Counted from the first letter of the stretch, positions 21,780 through 33,354 are shown. The stretch is DNA of 64,000 bases from an uncultured Acidimicrobiia bacterium (GCA_963796755.1 CAWCMX010000001.1:1558556-1622555), one strand, 5' to 3'. The notes: generated by a model not told the origin, from the letters alone. Numbers and translations: made by a program.

Positions 21780-22664
21780 CTAGGCCTGGCGTATCGCGGG
21801 GGCGACTTCCTCCATGAACTGGGCGACGGTCTCGGGCTGCCCGAAGTCGGTGAGCTGGATGACGAAGCCATCGACGCCGGACGCGGCCTCCGCGGCGAGC
21901 GCGTCGGCCACCTCGTTCGCCGTGCCCGCGACGAGACCACCCCAGCTGCCGAAGCGGCGCTGCGCGAGCGCGACCGTCTCGTCGCGCGTGGCGGGACCGC
22001 CAGCCAGCCCGACCGGGTGCTGCACCGAGACCCGCGCGTCGCCGGCCAGCGGGCGCAGCTCGTCGAGCCGCTCGACCGCGTAGGTCGGGCAGTTCCACCA
22101 GTCGGCGTGGTCGCGCACCATCGGCATGGTGAGCTGCGGGCCGGCACCGCCGATGTGCAGGGGCGGGCGGGGCAGCTGGCGGGGGCGGGGCCGGCCGATC
22201 GCACCGTGCAGCTGGTGGGCGGCACCGTCGTGGTCGAACGGCTCCCCCGCGAACATCAGGTCGAGGATCTCGATCGTCTCCCGCATGCGGTCGGCACGCG
22301 CGCGCGGCGGGCCGGCACCGATGCCATAGGTCTCGAGCTCGCGCTCGACCGAGCCCCAGCCGAGCCCCAGCTCGAGCCGGCCCTCGGAGAGAACGTCGAC
22401 GGTCGCCGCCATCTTGGCGAGGACGGCCGGGTGCCGGAAGGGATCGCAGGTGACCAGGTGCCCGATGCGGATGCTCGTGGTGCGCACCGCGAGCGCGGCG
22501 GCGAGGGTCCACCCTTCGAGCGTGTCCACCTCGGGCATGGCCGGCGCGGCGAGGTGGTCCATGAGCCAGACCGAGTCGAAGCCGGCCGCTTCGGCGGCGA
22601 GGGTCCGCTCCAGGATCGTGGGGAACGACATCCGCAGCTGCGGCAGGAAGAGCCCGAGCATCAT
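21780..22664 (-). CDS. LLM class flavin/F420-dependent oxidoreductase
   Basis: AEAAGFDSVWLMDHL, FRHPAVLAKMAATVDVLSEGRLELGLGWG. Confidence 0.9.
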   Translation of the reverse strand: MMLGLFLPQLRMSFPTILERTLAAEAAGFDSVWLMDHLAAPAMPEVDTLEGWTLAAALAVRTTSIRIGHLVTCDPFRHPAVLAKMAATVDVLSEGRLELGLGWGSVERELETYGIGAGPPRARADRMRETIEILDLMFAGEPFDHDGAAHQLHGAIGRPRPRQLPRPPLHIGGAGPQLTMPMVRDHADWWNCPTYAVERLDELRPLAGDARVSVQHPVGLAGGPATRDETVALAQRRFGSWGGLVAGTANEVADALAAEAASGVDGFVIQLTDFGQPETVAQFMEEVAPAIRQA

Positions 22665-22680
22665 CTCCGCCCCGCGCCGG

Positions 22681-23256
22681 TCAGCCGGCGTTCGCGATGA
22701 GCTGGTCGAGCTTGGATTCGAGCCGTTCGATGTCGCCCCGGGTCGTGTTCTCGTCGGCATCGTTCAGCTGGACCACGATCGCGCCACCGGGCTCGATCGA
22801 CGCGCGCTTGACCTCTCGGATCGAGCCCGCGCCCTGCCGACGGATCGCGGTCTCGACGTCACCATGGCGGAGGCCCAGTCTCATGAGCTCCTGCTCGTCG
22901 TACTTGCCGTTCGTGACGATCGTGTTCTGCTTGCCCTCGAAGAGATGGTCGAGCCACGGCCAGCGCTTGGACACGCGCACCACGATCATGTTGAGGAACA
23001 GCAGGGTCGCGGCGCCGAGCAACCCACCCCAGAGCGAGTTGTCCGGGCCGATGATCGCGTTCTGCACCACGTTGCTCAGCAACAGGAGCACGACCAGGTC
23101 GAACGAATTCAGCTGCGCGAGCTCCCGCTTCCCGAAGATCCGGAGCAGGACGACGATCGCGAAGTACACGACCGCGGTGCGCAGGATCTTCACCGCGATG
23201 TCCCCGCTTCCGAACTGCCCGAGCCGGTTCCCCAGCGACGACGCGATCACGACCAC
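22681..23256 (-). CDS. DUF421/YetF family membrane protein
   Basis: GKRELAQLNSFDLVVLLLLSNVVQNAI...IEPGG; GAGGAGG RBS. Confidence 0.88.
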   Translation of the reverse strand: MVVIASSLGNRLGQFGSGDIAVKILRTAVVYFAIVVLLRIFGKRELAQLNSFDLVVLLLLSNVVQNAIIGPDNSLWGGLLGAATLLFLNMIVVRVSKRWPWLDHLFEGKQNTIVTNGKYDEQELMRLGLRHGDVETAIRRQGAGSIREVKRASIEPGGAIVVQLNDADENTTRGDIERLESKLDQLIANAG

Positions 23257-23290
23257 GACACCCTCCTCGTCGAATGGTGTCGTCAGCCTG

Positions 23291-24065
23291 TCACGTGACT
23301 GTGGCGCCCCCGTCGACTGCGAAGACCTGACCGGTGACGTGGCGCGCGCGTCGTCCGAGAGCAGGAAGCCGGCGACGCTGGCGATGTCCTCGGCCCGGGC
23401 GACGCAGCCGAGCGGGACCGTGCGCTTGAGCCGGGCCCGGGCTTCGTCCGAGCTCCAGCTGCCGGCAGCCATCGGCGTGTCGACGCCGCCCGGGCAGATG
23501 CAGTTGGCCCGGATGCCCTGCGGCCCGCCCTGCACCGCGACGAGCCGGGTCAGCGCGGCGACGCCGCCCTTGCTCGCGGTGTATCCGGCGCCGAAGCCGT
23601 GGCCGCGGATCGCCGCAGTCGACGCGACGGTCACGACGCTGCCCGTGTGCTCGCCCTCGTCGCGCCGGAGGTGGGGCAACGCGTGCTTGATCGCCAGGAA
23701 CGTGCCCGCGAGGTTCACCCGCAGCACCGAGAGGAACGTGTCGAGCTCGATGTTCTCGAGCGGTCGGAGGTCGTCGCCCGCGAAGATCCCGGCGCACGTC
23801 ACGACGCCGTCGAGCCGACTGAACGCACCGACCGCGGCGCGACGGCCCCGGCCACGACGTCCTCGTCGCCGACATCACCGACCGCGGCGCTCCATCGCAC
23901 CACCCGCCGCCGCGACGAGCGCGGTCGTCGCCTCGAGCCCGGCTCGTCGCGGTCGAGCCCGAGCACCGAGCCCCCGCGTCCGGCGACCTCGACCGCGGTC
24001 GCCTGCCCGATGCCGCTCGCGGCCCCAGTGACCAGGACCACCCGTCCCGCCAGGTCTCCGCTCAT
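23291..24065 (-). CDS. SDR family oxidoreductase (frame slips)
   Basis: VTGAASGIG, VNLAGTF, YTASKGG, NCICPG. Confidence 0.88.
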
Positions 24066-24115
24066 GCACGGGACGGTAGCGTGACGGCTCGGCGCAGACG
24101 AACGAGGGAGCGTGC

Positions 24116-24892
24116 GTGACTGACTCGGCGAACGCGATGCACACGATCGCGGACAAGGTCATCATCGTCACCGGCGCGGGCCGGGGTGTCGGCAAGGGCA
24201 TGGCGGTGCACCTGGGCCGCGGCGGGGCGAAGGTCGTGGTCGCGGAGTGGAAGGCCGACCTCATGACCTCCGCCGTCGCGGAGCTCGAGGGGCTCGGGGT
24301 CGAGGCCCTCGGCGTCCGGTGCAACATCATGGAGCGTGACGAGATCGAGGCGATGGTCGCGGCGACCGTCGACCGGTTCGGCCGGGTCGACGGGCTCATC
24401 AACAACGCGCAGACCTTCCGCGCGCTCTCGCCGATGGCCGAGGTGAGCGGTGACGACCTCGACGTCTTCTACGACTCCGGGGTCAAGGGATCGCTGTGGG
24501 CGATGCAGGCGGTGTACCCGCACATGCGCGACCAGGGCTGGGGGCGCATCGTGAACTTCGCGTCGTCGATGGGGATCACCGGCGGCAAGGGCTTCGGCGC
24601 GTACAACGCGTCGAAGGAGGCGGTGCGCGCGCTCACTCGCACCGCGGCGCGGGAGTGGGCGCCGGACGGGATCGTCGTGAACTGCATCGCACCGGCCGCC
24701 GCGGACCATCACGGTGACGCCGGCAAGCAGAGCGAGGGCTACCGGATCTTCATCGAGAACTGCCCGATGGGCCGCCAGGGTGATCCCGAGCTCGACATCG
24801 GACCGCTGGCGTGGTTCCTCTGCTCCGACGCATGCCGCTACCTCACCGGCCACACCTTCATGGCCGACGGCGGCGCGTTCATGTGGGCATGA
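24116..24892 (+). CDS. SDR family oxidoreductase
   Basis: VTGAGRGVG, NNAQ, YNASKEA, NCIAP, ADGG. Confidence 0.93.
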   Translation: MTDSANAMHTIADKVIIVTGAGRGVGKGMAVHLGRGGAKVVVAEWKADLMTSAVAELEGLGVEALGVRCNIMERDEIEAMVAATVDRFGRVDGLINNAQTFRALSPMAEVSGDDLDVFYDSGVKGSLWAMQAVYPHMRDQGWGRIVNFASSMGITGGKGFGAYNASKEAVRALTRTAAREWAPDGIVVNCIAPAAADHHGDAGKQSEGYRIFIENCPMGRQGDPELDIGPLAWFLCSDACRYLTGHTFMADGGAFMWA

Positions 24893-25968
24893 CCCAGGGC
24901 GACCGGACCACGCTGGCCGAGTACCTCCGGCTGGAGGCCGTCGGCCTGGGCGAGATCGGTTCGCCGTTCTACGCGGAGCTCGAGCGAAGCATGGCCGAGG
25001 ACGTCGAGACGGGTGGACCGGTCTGGGACATCCTCGAGTCCCGCGCGGGTTTGCGGTTCGACGACGCGTCGCGTCTGCGACTGCTCGGTGGTGTGCACCG
25101 GATGGTGCTGGCCGGAACCGTCCCTGAGCTCGCCCGGCACTACCCGTCGACCGGTGGTGACGGGGACGCCGCTGTCCGTGTGGTGGCACTTCCGCGACCT
25201 GGTGGCGACCCGGCCGCCCGAGGTGCTCGATGCGTTGGCCCGGCCAGCCGCAGACCAACGAAGTCGGCCGGTCGGCGTCACTGGTCCCCGGGTTCCTCGA
25301 CGTCGCGGACGTCGACCGGCCTCCCGTTGCGCCTGCTCGAGCTCGGCGCCAGTGCCGGCCTCAACCTCCGCGTCGACCGCTACCGCTACGAGCAGGGCGG
25401 CGTCGGTTGGGGTGACCCGGGGTCGGCGGTCCGCTTCGACGACCTCTGGCCGGACGCGACGCCGCCGCTCGGAGCAACGGCGTCGATCGCGTCACGTGCC
25501 GGTTGCGACCACGATCCGATCGACGCATCGCAGCCGGAGGCCGTGCTCGACGCTGCTCTCGTACATCTGGCCCGATCAGCAGCACCGGCTCGACCGGCTC
25601 CGCGCCGTCGCTCGACATCGCCGCGCGGGTTCCCCGTCGACGTCGCCCGGGCGAACATCGAGAACTGGCTCGGCCGAGCAGCTGGCCGGGTCGGTCCCGG
25701 GGGTCACGACGGTCGTGTTCCACTCGATCGTCTGGCAGTACCTGGCCGAACCGATCCGGGCGTCCGTGCTCGCCACGCTCGATGCGGCCGGGCGCCCGGG
25801 CCACCGAGGACGGCGCCGCTCGCGTACCTCCGGCTCGAGCCCTCGCCGAGACCTACTTCCCCGCCGAGCTGCAGGCTGACGATGTGGCCGGGCGGCGACG
25901 AGCGCGGCGACGAGCCACCGGCTCGCGACCAGCGGCTTCCACTACGGCCCGTCACCTGGTCGGGCTGA
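24889..25968 (+). CDS. DUF2332 family protein (several frame slips)
   Basis: GSPFY, LRLLGGVH, PQTNEVGRSA, LLELGASAGLNL, SYIWPDQ, FHSIVWQY, YLRLEP. Confidence 0.85.
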   Translation: MTQGDRTTLAEYLRLEAVGLGEIGSPFYAELERSMAEDVETGGPVWDILESRAGLRFDDASRLRLLGGVHRMVLAGTVPELARHYPSTGGDGDAAVRVVALPRPGGDPAARGARCVGPASRRPTKSAGRRHWSPGSSTSRTSTGLPLRLLELGASAGLNLRVDRYRYEQGGVGWGDPGSAVRFDDLWPDATPPLGATASIASRAGCDHDPIDASQPEAVLDAALVHLARSAAPARPAPRRRSTSPRGFPVDVARANIENWLGRAAGRVGPGGHDGRVPLDRLAVPGRTDPGVRARHARCGRAPGPPRTAPLAYLRLEPSPRPTSPPSCRLTMWPGGDERGDEPPARDQRLPLRPVTWSG

Positions 25969-26782
25969 GCGGCTCCGGCGGAGGCGGTCGACGGCCGCCG
26001 GGGACACCGCCGACGCTGGTAGCCCTCGGCCTCGATCGCGGGGCCGATGAGCTCGAGGTCGAAGCAGCCGTGCGTAGCCGGCGTCGAGCACCTCGCCGAT
26101 GATGCGCGCGAGCGGGATGTCGCCGTCGCCGGGGACCAGCCGGTTCGGGGTCGAGAGCGTCCCGACCGCGAAGTCGCTGACCTGTACGAGCCGGATCCGG
26201 TCCACGCCGCCGCGATCGTCGGCTCCGAGCCCCCGTTCGGCCCAGCACGCGTTGATCTCCATGCAGACGCCGACGTCGAGGCGGCGGGCGAGGTCCACGA
26301 CGTCGGCCAGGGTGTGCACGAACCCGACGTCGACCCGCAGCGAGTTGGTGTGCTCGAGCGCGAACGGGAGCGACCGCGGAGCGGGCCTCACCGAGCACCG
26401 GCGCGAGTGCTTCCTCGAGCGCGTCGGCGGCCGCTTCCCAGCTCAGTGGGCCGGCGGGACCGGTGGTGACGACGAGGCATTCGGCGCCCACCGTCACCCC
26501 GGCGTCGAGCGCATGCATCAGCCGCTCCCGCTGCTGCCCCATCTGTCCGGGTGGGCGAGGTGGAACGGGCCGAGACCGATCAGGTTGCTCACCCGCAGTC
26601 CCGCGTCGCGGACGCCGTGCGCGAGCCCTCGACCCAGCCGTGACGTTCGAGCTTCACCAGCGAGATGCCCACGTTCGTGATGCCGTGCGCGGCGTAGAAC
26701 GCGAGGTCTTCCTCGAGTGACCAGTCGAAGGTGCAGATCGCGCTGACCGAGACGCGGTCCGCGGCGCCGTCGGAGTGCTCAC
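25942..26782 (-). CDS. Sugar phosphate isomerase/epimerase (xylose isomerase-like TIM barrel; frame slips)
   Basis: VSVSAICTF, ALEHTN, LVQVSDF, RLVPGDGDIPL, DLELIGP. Confidence 0.8.
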
Positions 26783-27553
26783 CCGAGCACGAGGCCGCGG
26801 GCGGCGCTGCTGCCGCCGTCGAGCGGGAGGTTGATGCCGGTCACGAAGCCGCTCTCGGGCTCGCGAGGTACACCGCGGCGTAGGCGACGTCGTCGGCGAC
26901 ACCGAGCCGGGTCAGGTGCTGGGACTCCCGACGGGCGCGGGTCGCCGCGTCCATCGCCGCGTCCCGCCGCTCGTTGACGATGTACCCGGGACTGATCGTG
27001 TTGCACCGGATGCCGACGCGCGCGTAGTCCACGGCGATGGCCCGGGTGAGTCCGTTCAGCCCGGACTTGGATGCGGCGTACGCGGTGAGGCCGGGCGACG
27101 ACCGCTCGGCCTGGCGGCTCGAGATGTTGACGATCGCGCCGTGCCCCGCGTCGATCATGTGCGGGATCGCCCGCCGGCTCAGCCAGAACGGTGCGGTGAG
27201 GTTCACCCGCAGGCTCGCCTCCCACGCCGCTCGTCGTGAGCTCGGTCACCGGCCCGTCCGTCTCGTCGACGACGGTCGCGACGGCGTTGTTCACCAGGAT
27301 CGTGAGACCGCCCAGGGCAAGTGCCGCACCGTCCACCACGGCGTCGCAGGCCGCTTCTTCGGAGAGGTCCGCCGCGACGAACACCGCGTGGCCGCCCGCG
27401 TCCCGGATCTCCCGCACCACGGCGTCGCCGCGGGTCTGGATCGCGCCCGTGCACGGCCACGAGCGCGCCTTCGGCGGCGAAACGCCGCGCGATTGCGCGG
27501 CCGATGCCGGACGTGGAGCCGGTCACGAGCGCGAGCTCCCCCTCGAGGCGCAT
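26779..27553 (-). CDS. SDR family oxidoreductase (frame slips)
   Basis: VTGSTSGIG, LVNNA, YAASKSG, NTISPG, LPLDGG. Confidence 0.88.
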
Positions 27554-27975
27554 CTACTCCGCCACCCCGGTCGCGCCCGCGTGCGCGCAGCGCGCTCCGG
27601 AGCTTCGCCGCGGCGTCGGCGAGCGCCTCGGGGCTGGCTTCACCCGCGTTGCCGAAGTCGAGATCGTGCATGCCGTCGATGGGCACGACGTGGAGATGCA
27701 CGTGGGGCACTTCGAGCCCGGCGATCATCAGCCCCACCCGGGCCGGCGAGAACGCGCGCTGCTGGCGCGGAGCCGAGCTCCTGGGCCACGCGCATGAGGT
27801 GCGCGTTGACCTCGGGCTCCAGGTCGATCCAGTGGTCCACCTCGGCGCGGGGCACGACGAGCGTGTGGCCGGGTTTCAGCGGTGCGATCGAGAGGAACGC
27901 GACGCACACGTCGTCGCGCCAGACGAACGTCCCCGGGAGCTCGCCCTCGATGATGCGAGTGAAGATCGTCGGCAT
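27554..27975 (-). CDS. HIT family nucleotide hydrolase (frame slip)
   Basis: [28 protein letters not shown]. Confidence 0.92.
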
Positions 27976-28030
27976 CCCCCCAGCCTGGCCCAAGCGCGGT
28001 GGTGACCGCAGGTTCGGGTGGGTGCTGTGG

Positions 28031-29106
28031 TCAGAGCGCGGGTGTCGGCACCGCTTCGGTGGGCCGGGCGCGCCGGGGCGCCGGTGGCGCGCGCGAGTCG
28101 TGCGCCCGCCGCGATGACGAGCCCGGTCCCCAGGCCGAGCGCGAGGGTGACGGTGAGCCGGGCGAGGGCATCCGGCAACGTGGTCGGGATCTGCGAGCGG
28201 GTCAGCGCGGTGACGTCTGCGAGCCCGCCCGCGATGAGGACGAACAGTCCGGCGATCAGGACCGTGGGAGTGGCCGCCCAGGGATCGCGCCGGCGCATCC
28301 AGATCAGCGCCACGACGCAGACGATGATGCCGCCGATCGAGTAGATGCTGGAGACCGTCCGGCTCCCGACCGACGCGGTGGTCGCCTGCCACGCGCCGAC
28401 GACGTGGATGGTCTCACTCACGATGAGCACCGCGAGCGCGATCTGGATGACACCGACCCAGCGCCGGGTCCGCGCCAGCGCCACCAGGAGTGCGGCCAGC
28501 GCGATCGCGCCGATGATCCACGGCCACGGTGACGGGCCCGGCACCCACACCGCGTTGCCGGTCACCGCGAGCATCCGGTCGCCGTCGCGCAACGGGACCT
28601 TCCAGTCCCGGATCACGACGTGGCTGCGCCCGGGATCGCGCTGGACCTCGGGCGGATCGGCACCGCCCATCCAGTGGCTCCGGTGGTCGTGCCAGATGGT
28701 GACGGGCGTGTCCGAGATCTTCTGCCACTGCGGGGCGGCCTTGGCGTCGTACTGGCCCGGAGGCGCGGAGATCGTCGGGATGGCCGTGCGGTTGAGGAAG
28801 ACCGCCGGGGATCGCTGGTTGCGCCAGACCCCGCCGGGCCCGATGCGCAGGTACGGCTCGTTCTGGTAGCCGAGCACGATCACCTCGTGGCGGGTGTCGT
28901 TGCGCAGCTCGATGCTCGTGCCGAGGTCGACCGCGCGGGCGTGCAGTCCGGGCACCGGTGGCACGATGCCGCGGACCGTCGTCGTGTAGTTGCTGGGTTG
29001 CAACCCACCGACGCCGTGGGCCGACGCGGGGGCGGCAGTGACGACGACGAAGCCGAGCGCGAGTGCCGCGGCCGCGGCCGCGGCGCGTGAGCGCGCGTCG
29101 GGTCAT
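28031..29106 (-). CDS. Hypothetical exported multi-TM protein divergent from copCD (frame slips at both ends)
   Basis: Signal peptide ending in [22 protein letters not shown], then about five TM helices. Confidence 0.7.
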
Positions 29107-29365
29107 GGGGCGTGGGTGGCGGGCACCGGCACGAGCCGAGAGGACCGGGCCCGTAGACCCCGGAACGGGGCGGTCACCAGCCGTCGCGCGAGCTCGTCCA
29201 CGTTCGTCGACGATACTGGTCGGTCCTCCCCGAGCAGAGGTCGGGAGCTTGAAGAAATTCGGGAACCAAACGACGGCGACGGACGACCAAGGGACGTTGG
29301 CAGTGCAGGCCATGGCGGGTACGTTGCGCGGGCGGGCAGCGCGAGCGATGAGCGGGGGGAGCTGA

Positions 29366-31226
29366 ATGCGGTCGATGCGGCGAGTCCTCGCAGTGGCCGT
29401 CCTCGCGTTCGTGATCGTCGGCGTCTGGGCCGTCCCCGCGTTCGCGCACGCGGTGCTCGAGGGGACGAGCCCCGGGGCGGGAGCCACCGTGGCGCACTCG
29501 CCGAAGGCCATCACCCTGACGTTCGGCGAGCCGGTGGAGGCCACCCTCGGTGCGATCCGGGTGTTCGACTCCCGGGCCGAGCGCGTCGATGTGGGAGCTC
29601 CGGAGCATCCCGGGGGCAAGGGCAGCGAGGTGAGCGTCTCCACCCCGACGCTCGCCGACGGCACCTACGTCGTCACGTGGCGGGTCATCTCGGCGGACTC
29701 GCATCCGGTGCGCGGCGCGTTCACCTTCACGGTGGGGACGTCGGCGACGACCACGAAGCAGGCGCAGGGGCTCGCGGCGCGCCTGCTCACGGACGAGGGT
29801 GGCAGCGCGGCGGTGGGGGTGCTGTTCGCCATCGCGTGGTTCGGTGCGTTCGCCGGCCTCGCGGTGTTGCTCGGGGCGGCCGCATTCCTGGCCTACGTCT
29901 GGCGGACGGGCCGGGCCGACCGGCGCGCGCGCCGCATCCTCTGGATCGCATGGGCCTCCGCGCTCGGCTTCACGCTCGCGGGGTTCGCGCTGCAGGGTCC
30001 GTACGCCGCAGCACTCGGCCCGGTCAAGGCCCTCGACCCCAAGCTCTGGGCCGACGTCTGGCACACCCGGTTCGGTCACGTCTATCTCGGACGGGTGGTC
30101 CTCCTCCTGCTCGCGCTCCCGCTGATCCGGTTGCTGCTCCCGCGGCGCGGCCCGGTGATCGAGCACCCACTCCCGCGATGGTGGCCGTACGTGGCCGGTG
30201 TGCTCGGGCTCGCGTTGGCAGCCACGCCCGGGCTCGCGGGCCACGCCTCGCAGGGACCGCTCGTGCCCCTCGCGATGCCGGCCGACACGTTGCACATCGC
30301 GGGCGTCGGCATCTGGCTCGGCGGGCTCGTCGTGCTGTTTGCCGCGCTCATGCCGCGCGTGGACGAGGCGACGCTGCGCGACGTCGTGCCGCGCTACTCG
30401 AAGTACGCGCTCGTGGCCATGGGGGTGATCGTCGTCACCGGGGTGTTCCAGGCGTTCCGCCAGGTCGACCGCCTCGGCGCACTGCTCGACACGGACTACG
30501 GGCGCCTCCTGCTCATCAAGATCGTCGTGTTCCTCGGCCTCATGGTCGTGGCCGCGATGAGCCGGGACATCGTGAACCGGCGCTGGCGGATCCCCGAAGA
30601 CCTGCTCGTCACCCCGGTGCCGGTGGGCGCGCTGGCCACGTCCGGTCCGGCCGCGCCTGGTGGCGGCTTCGGTGGGGGTGGCGCGGTCGGGACGCTCGCG
30701 GTCGGCGGCGGTGGTGAGGACGGGCGCGACGGCGACGAGGACGACGACGAGGAGTACCCCGAGGGCTACGTCCTGGACGAGCCAACCGCGGAACGGCGGC
30801 TCCGCCGGTCATTGCTGCTCGAGGTGTTGATCAGCATCGTGATCCTCGCGGTCACCGCGCTCCTGGTGAACTCCGCGCCGGCCCGCGGCCTCGACACCGG
30901 GCCGTACATCGGGACCCTCAACGCGAAGCAGGTCTCGTTCAACGTCACGATCGATCCCGCGAGCCGCGGCGCCAACGTGATGCACCTCTACACGCTGACG
31001 CCGAGCGGCGCGGTCTCCGACCCGGTCGACGTGACGGCGGAGATGAGCCAGTCAGCGAACAACATCGCGCCGATCAAGGTCAACCTCATCCGCCTCGGTC
31101 CCGGCCACTACACGTCGAGCGGGTTCACCGTGCCGTTCGCCGGTGACTGGCAGCTCACGGTCAAGGCCGTCGTCAACCAGGTCGACGAGGCCAGCGCGAC
31201 CCGCGACCGTCCCGATCCACTCGTAG
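29366..31226 (+). CDS. CopC-CopD-FixH/YtkA fusion copper transport protein (YcnJ-like)
   Basis: AFA-HAVL mature His1, WRVISADSHPVRG, GHA and LH..WLGGL CopD motifs, C-terminal LGPGHY...GDWQL; true stop reconstructed at 31226. Confidence 0.9.
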
Positions 31227-31247
31227 CGACGAAGAGACTGGAGCACC

Positions 31248-31918
31248 ATGATCCGCAAGCTGGCGGTCGTCGGCGCCATCGTGACGGGGGTCGTCGGGTT
31301 GGTGGCCGGGCCCGCGTTCGCGCACGTCGAGATCGAGCGCGACGGTCAGGTCGGCGCGGACGGCGTGGTCTCGACGACGCTGCACGTGCCGAACGAGGAG
31401 ACCAACGCCGGCACCGAGAAGGTCGAGCTGGTCTTCCCCGAGTCGCCCGTGCTCGACACCGCGATGCCGACGGCCGTCAGCGGCTGGACCGCGAGCGTGC
31501 AGAAGAGCCCCTCGGGTGCAGTCACGGGCGTCACCTGGACCGGCGGCCCGCTCACGGGGAGTCAGGCGGTCGCGTTCCCGCTGCGCCTCGGCACGATCCC
31601 GGCCAACGTCAGGACCGTCCAGTTCAAGGCACTGCAGACGTACAACAACAACACCGTGGTCCGCTGGATCGAGGTCACGCCGGCCGGAGGCGCCGAGCCC
31701 GAGCACCCGGCGCCGGTGCTCACCGCGGCGGGGCCCAGCCGGTGGACGACGATGCCGCGACACCGTCGGCTCCGGCCACCGCGACGAAGTCCAGCTCCGA
31801 CGACGGGCTCTCGACGGGTGCGATCGTGGCCATCGCGGTGGGGGTCGTCATCGTCCTCGCGTTGCTCGGCTTCATCCTGAGCCGGACCCGCCGGAACATG
31901 CGAAGCCCGACCGATTGA
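31248..31918 (+). CDS. YcnI/DUF1775 copper-binding membrane protein (frame slip near 31740)
   Basis: AFA-HV, VPNEE, FKALQTY...VRWIE, PEHPAPVL, C-terminal TM anchor. Confidence 0.88.
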
Positions 31919-31937
31919 CCCGCCGCGGGCGGCGTTG

Positions 31938-32061
31938 GTGACGGGGAACCGCTGCCGGCCGGTGCTCGGTCGCGGCCCGGCGATCGGCCGGCGGAGATCG
32001 TGACGGGGAACCGCCGCCGGCCGGTGCTCGGTCGCGGCCCGGCGATCGGCCGGCGGAGATC
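31938..32061. repeat. Tandem duplication, 2 x 62 bp
   Basis: Units at 31938 and 32000 differ at one base (gctg/gccg); each ends in GGAGATC. Confidence 0.95.
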
Positions 32062-32524
32062 ATGAAGGAGAGGTGGGGATACGTCACGTTCCTCGCGCGG
32101 CTGGTGCTCGCGGGGATATGGGCGTGGGCGGGGTGGGCGAAGATCGCGGACCCGGACGTCGCGAACGCGGGCGGTGCGCGCGTACCAGATCTTCCCCGAG
32201 ATCCTCGTCAAGCCGATTGCGTGGGGTCTGCCCTTCGTCGAGCTCGGGCTCGCCGTGCTGCTGCTGATCGGGCTGGCCTGCCGTCCGGCCGCGTGGGTCT
32301 CGGCGGTACTGTTCGTCGCGTTCATCGCCATGATCGGCTCGGCGTGGGCGCGTGGTCTCTCGATCGACTGCGGCTGCTTCGGCGGCGGTGGTGCCTCGAA
32401 CGGGGTCGACGCCGCGAAGTACGCACAAGACATGGTGCGCGATCTGGCATTGCTCGGACTGGCGCTCTTCGTCGCACTCGGTCCGAGCTCCGTGTTGTCA
32501 CTCGACAGAAAGATGACCAGCTGA
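32062..32524 (+). CDS. MauE/DoxX family redox membrane protein (frame slip)
   Basis: AGWAKI, VRAYQI, LPFVEL, GLSIDCGCFG. Confidence 0.88.
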
Positions 32525-33345
32525 TGGCCTCCGGGAAGTCCGGGAAGTCCGGGAAGTCGGGAACGCCGAGAGGGCCCAAGCCCCAGCCCGGCGCGCCGAA
32601 GCGCGCGGCCGGCTCCGGGGTGCGTCCACCGCGGGGAGCCGCGGCGGCGACGTCGCGCGCCGGGCTCAAGTGGCAGTGGTGGGTGGTCATCGGCGTGTTC
32701 GTCGTCCTGATCGTGATCGGAGTCGTGGTGCAGTCGAGTCGCTCGAAGAACGAGAACCTGAAGGTGGTCGCGCCCAAGCATGCGCTCGGCCCGAACGACT
32801 CCGAGCTCGAGGGCAAGGCGACGGCGCCGGTCCTGGTCCAGGAGTACGCCGACTTCCAGTGCCCGTCGTGCAAGGCGTTTCACGACCGCATGAACGCCAC
32901 GGTGAACGCCCTCGTCCAGACGGGCAAGATCCGCTTCGCGTACACGTACTTCCCGTTCATCGGGGACGAGTCGGTGCAGGCGGCGGCCGCGGCGGTCTGC
33001 GCCGGTGACCAGGGGAAGTTCTTCCCGTTCGCCGATCTGCTCTACAACGAGCAGCGTCCCGAGAACTCCGGGTTCCTGACCACGAAGCAGCTCCTGGCGT
33101 TCGGTCAACAGGCCGGGATCACCGGCCCCGCGTTCGCCACGTTCGAGAAGTGCGTGCGGGCCGGGACCTACGAGGGATTCGTGCGCAGGTCGGCGGACAA
33201 CGCGTCCAAGCGGGGCGTCAACCAGACGCCCACGCTGTTCATCACCGGCCCCAACGGCAAGACCGCCCAGATGACCGACACCCAGATCCTCACCCCGGAC
33301 CAGTTCAAGGGCGCCGTCGCCGACACCGCCGCCGGGAAGACCTGA
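32524..33345 (+). CDS. Membrane-anchored DsbA/thioredoxin-fold protein
   Basis: EYADFQCPSC active site, GVNQTPT cis-Pro loop, N-terminal TM. Confidence 0.9.
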   Translation: MASGKSGKSGKSGTPRGPKPQPGAPKRAAGSGVRPPRGAAAATSRAGLKWQWWVVIGVFVVLIVIGVVVQSSRSKNENLKVVAPKHALGPNDSELEGKATAPVLVQEYADFQCPSCKAFHDRMNATVNALVQTGKIRFAYTYFPFIGDESVQAAAAAVCAGDQGKFFPFADLLYNEQRPENSGFLTTKQLLAFGQQAGITGPAFATFEKCVRAGTYEGFVRRSADNASKRGVNQTPTLFITGPNGKTAQMTDTQILTPDQFKGAVADTAAGKT

Positions 33346-33354
33346 CCCGGTCCC

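Noticed and set aside
29262-29290. ECF-type promoter GGAAC-N17-CGAC before copCD
   Set aside because: Short motif, easily matched by chance in GC-rich DNA; no independent support
31938-32061. Possible CRISPR array
   Set aside because: Only two contiguous units, no spacers and no cas genes
32530-32556. TCCGGGAAG x3 repeat as a phase-variation tract
   Set aside because: In-frame 9-bp unit encoding SGK in a disordered DsbA N-terminus; cannot shift frame
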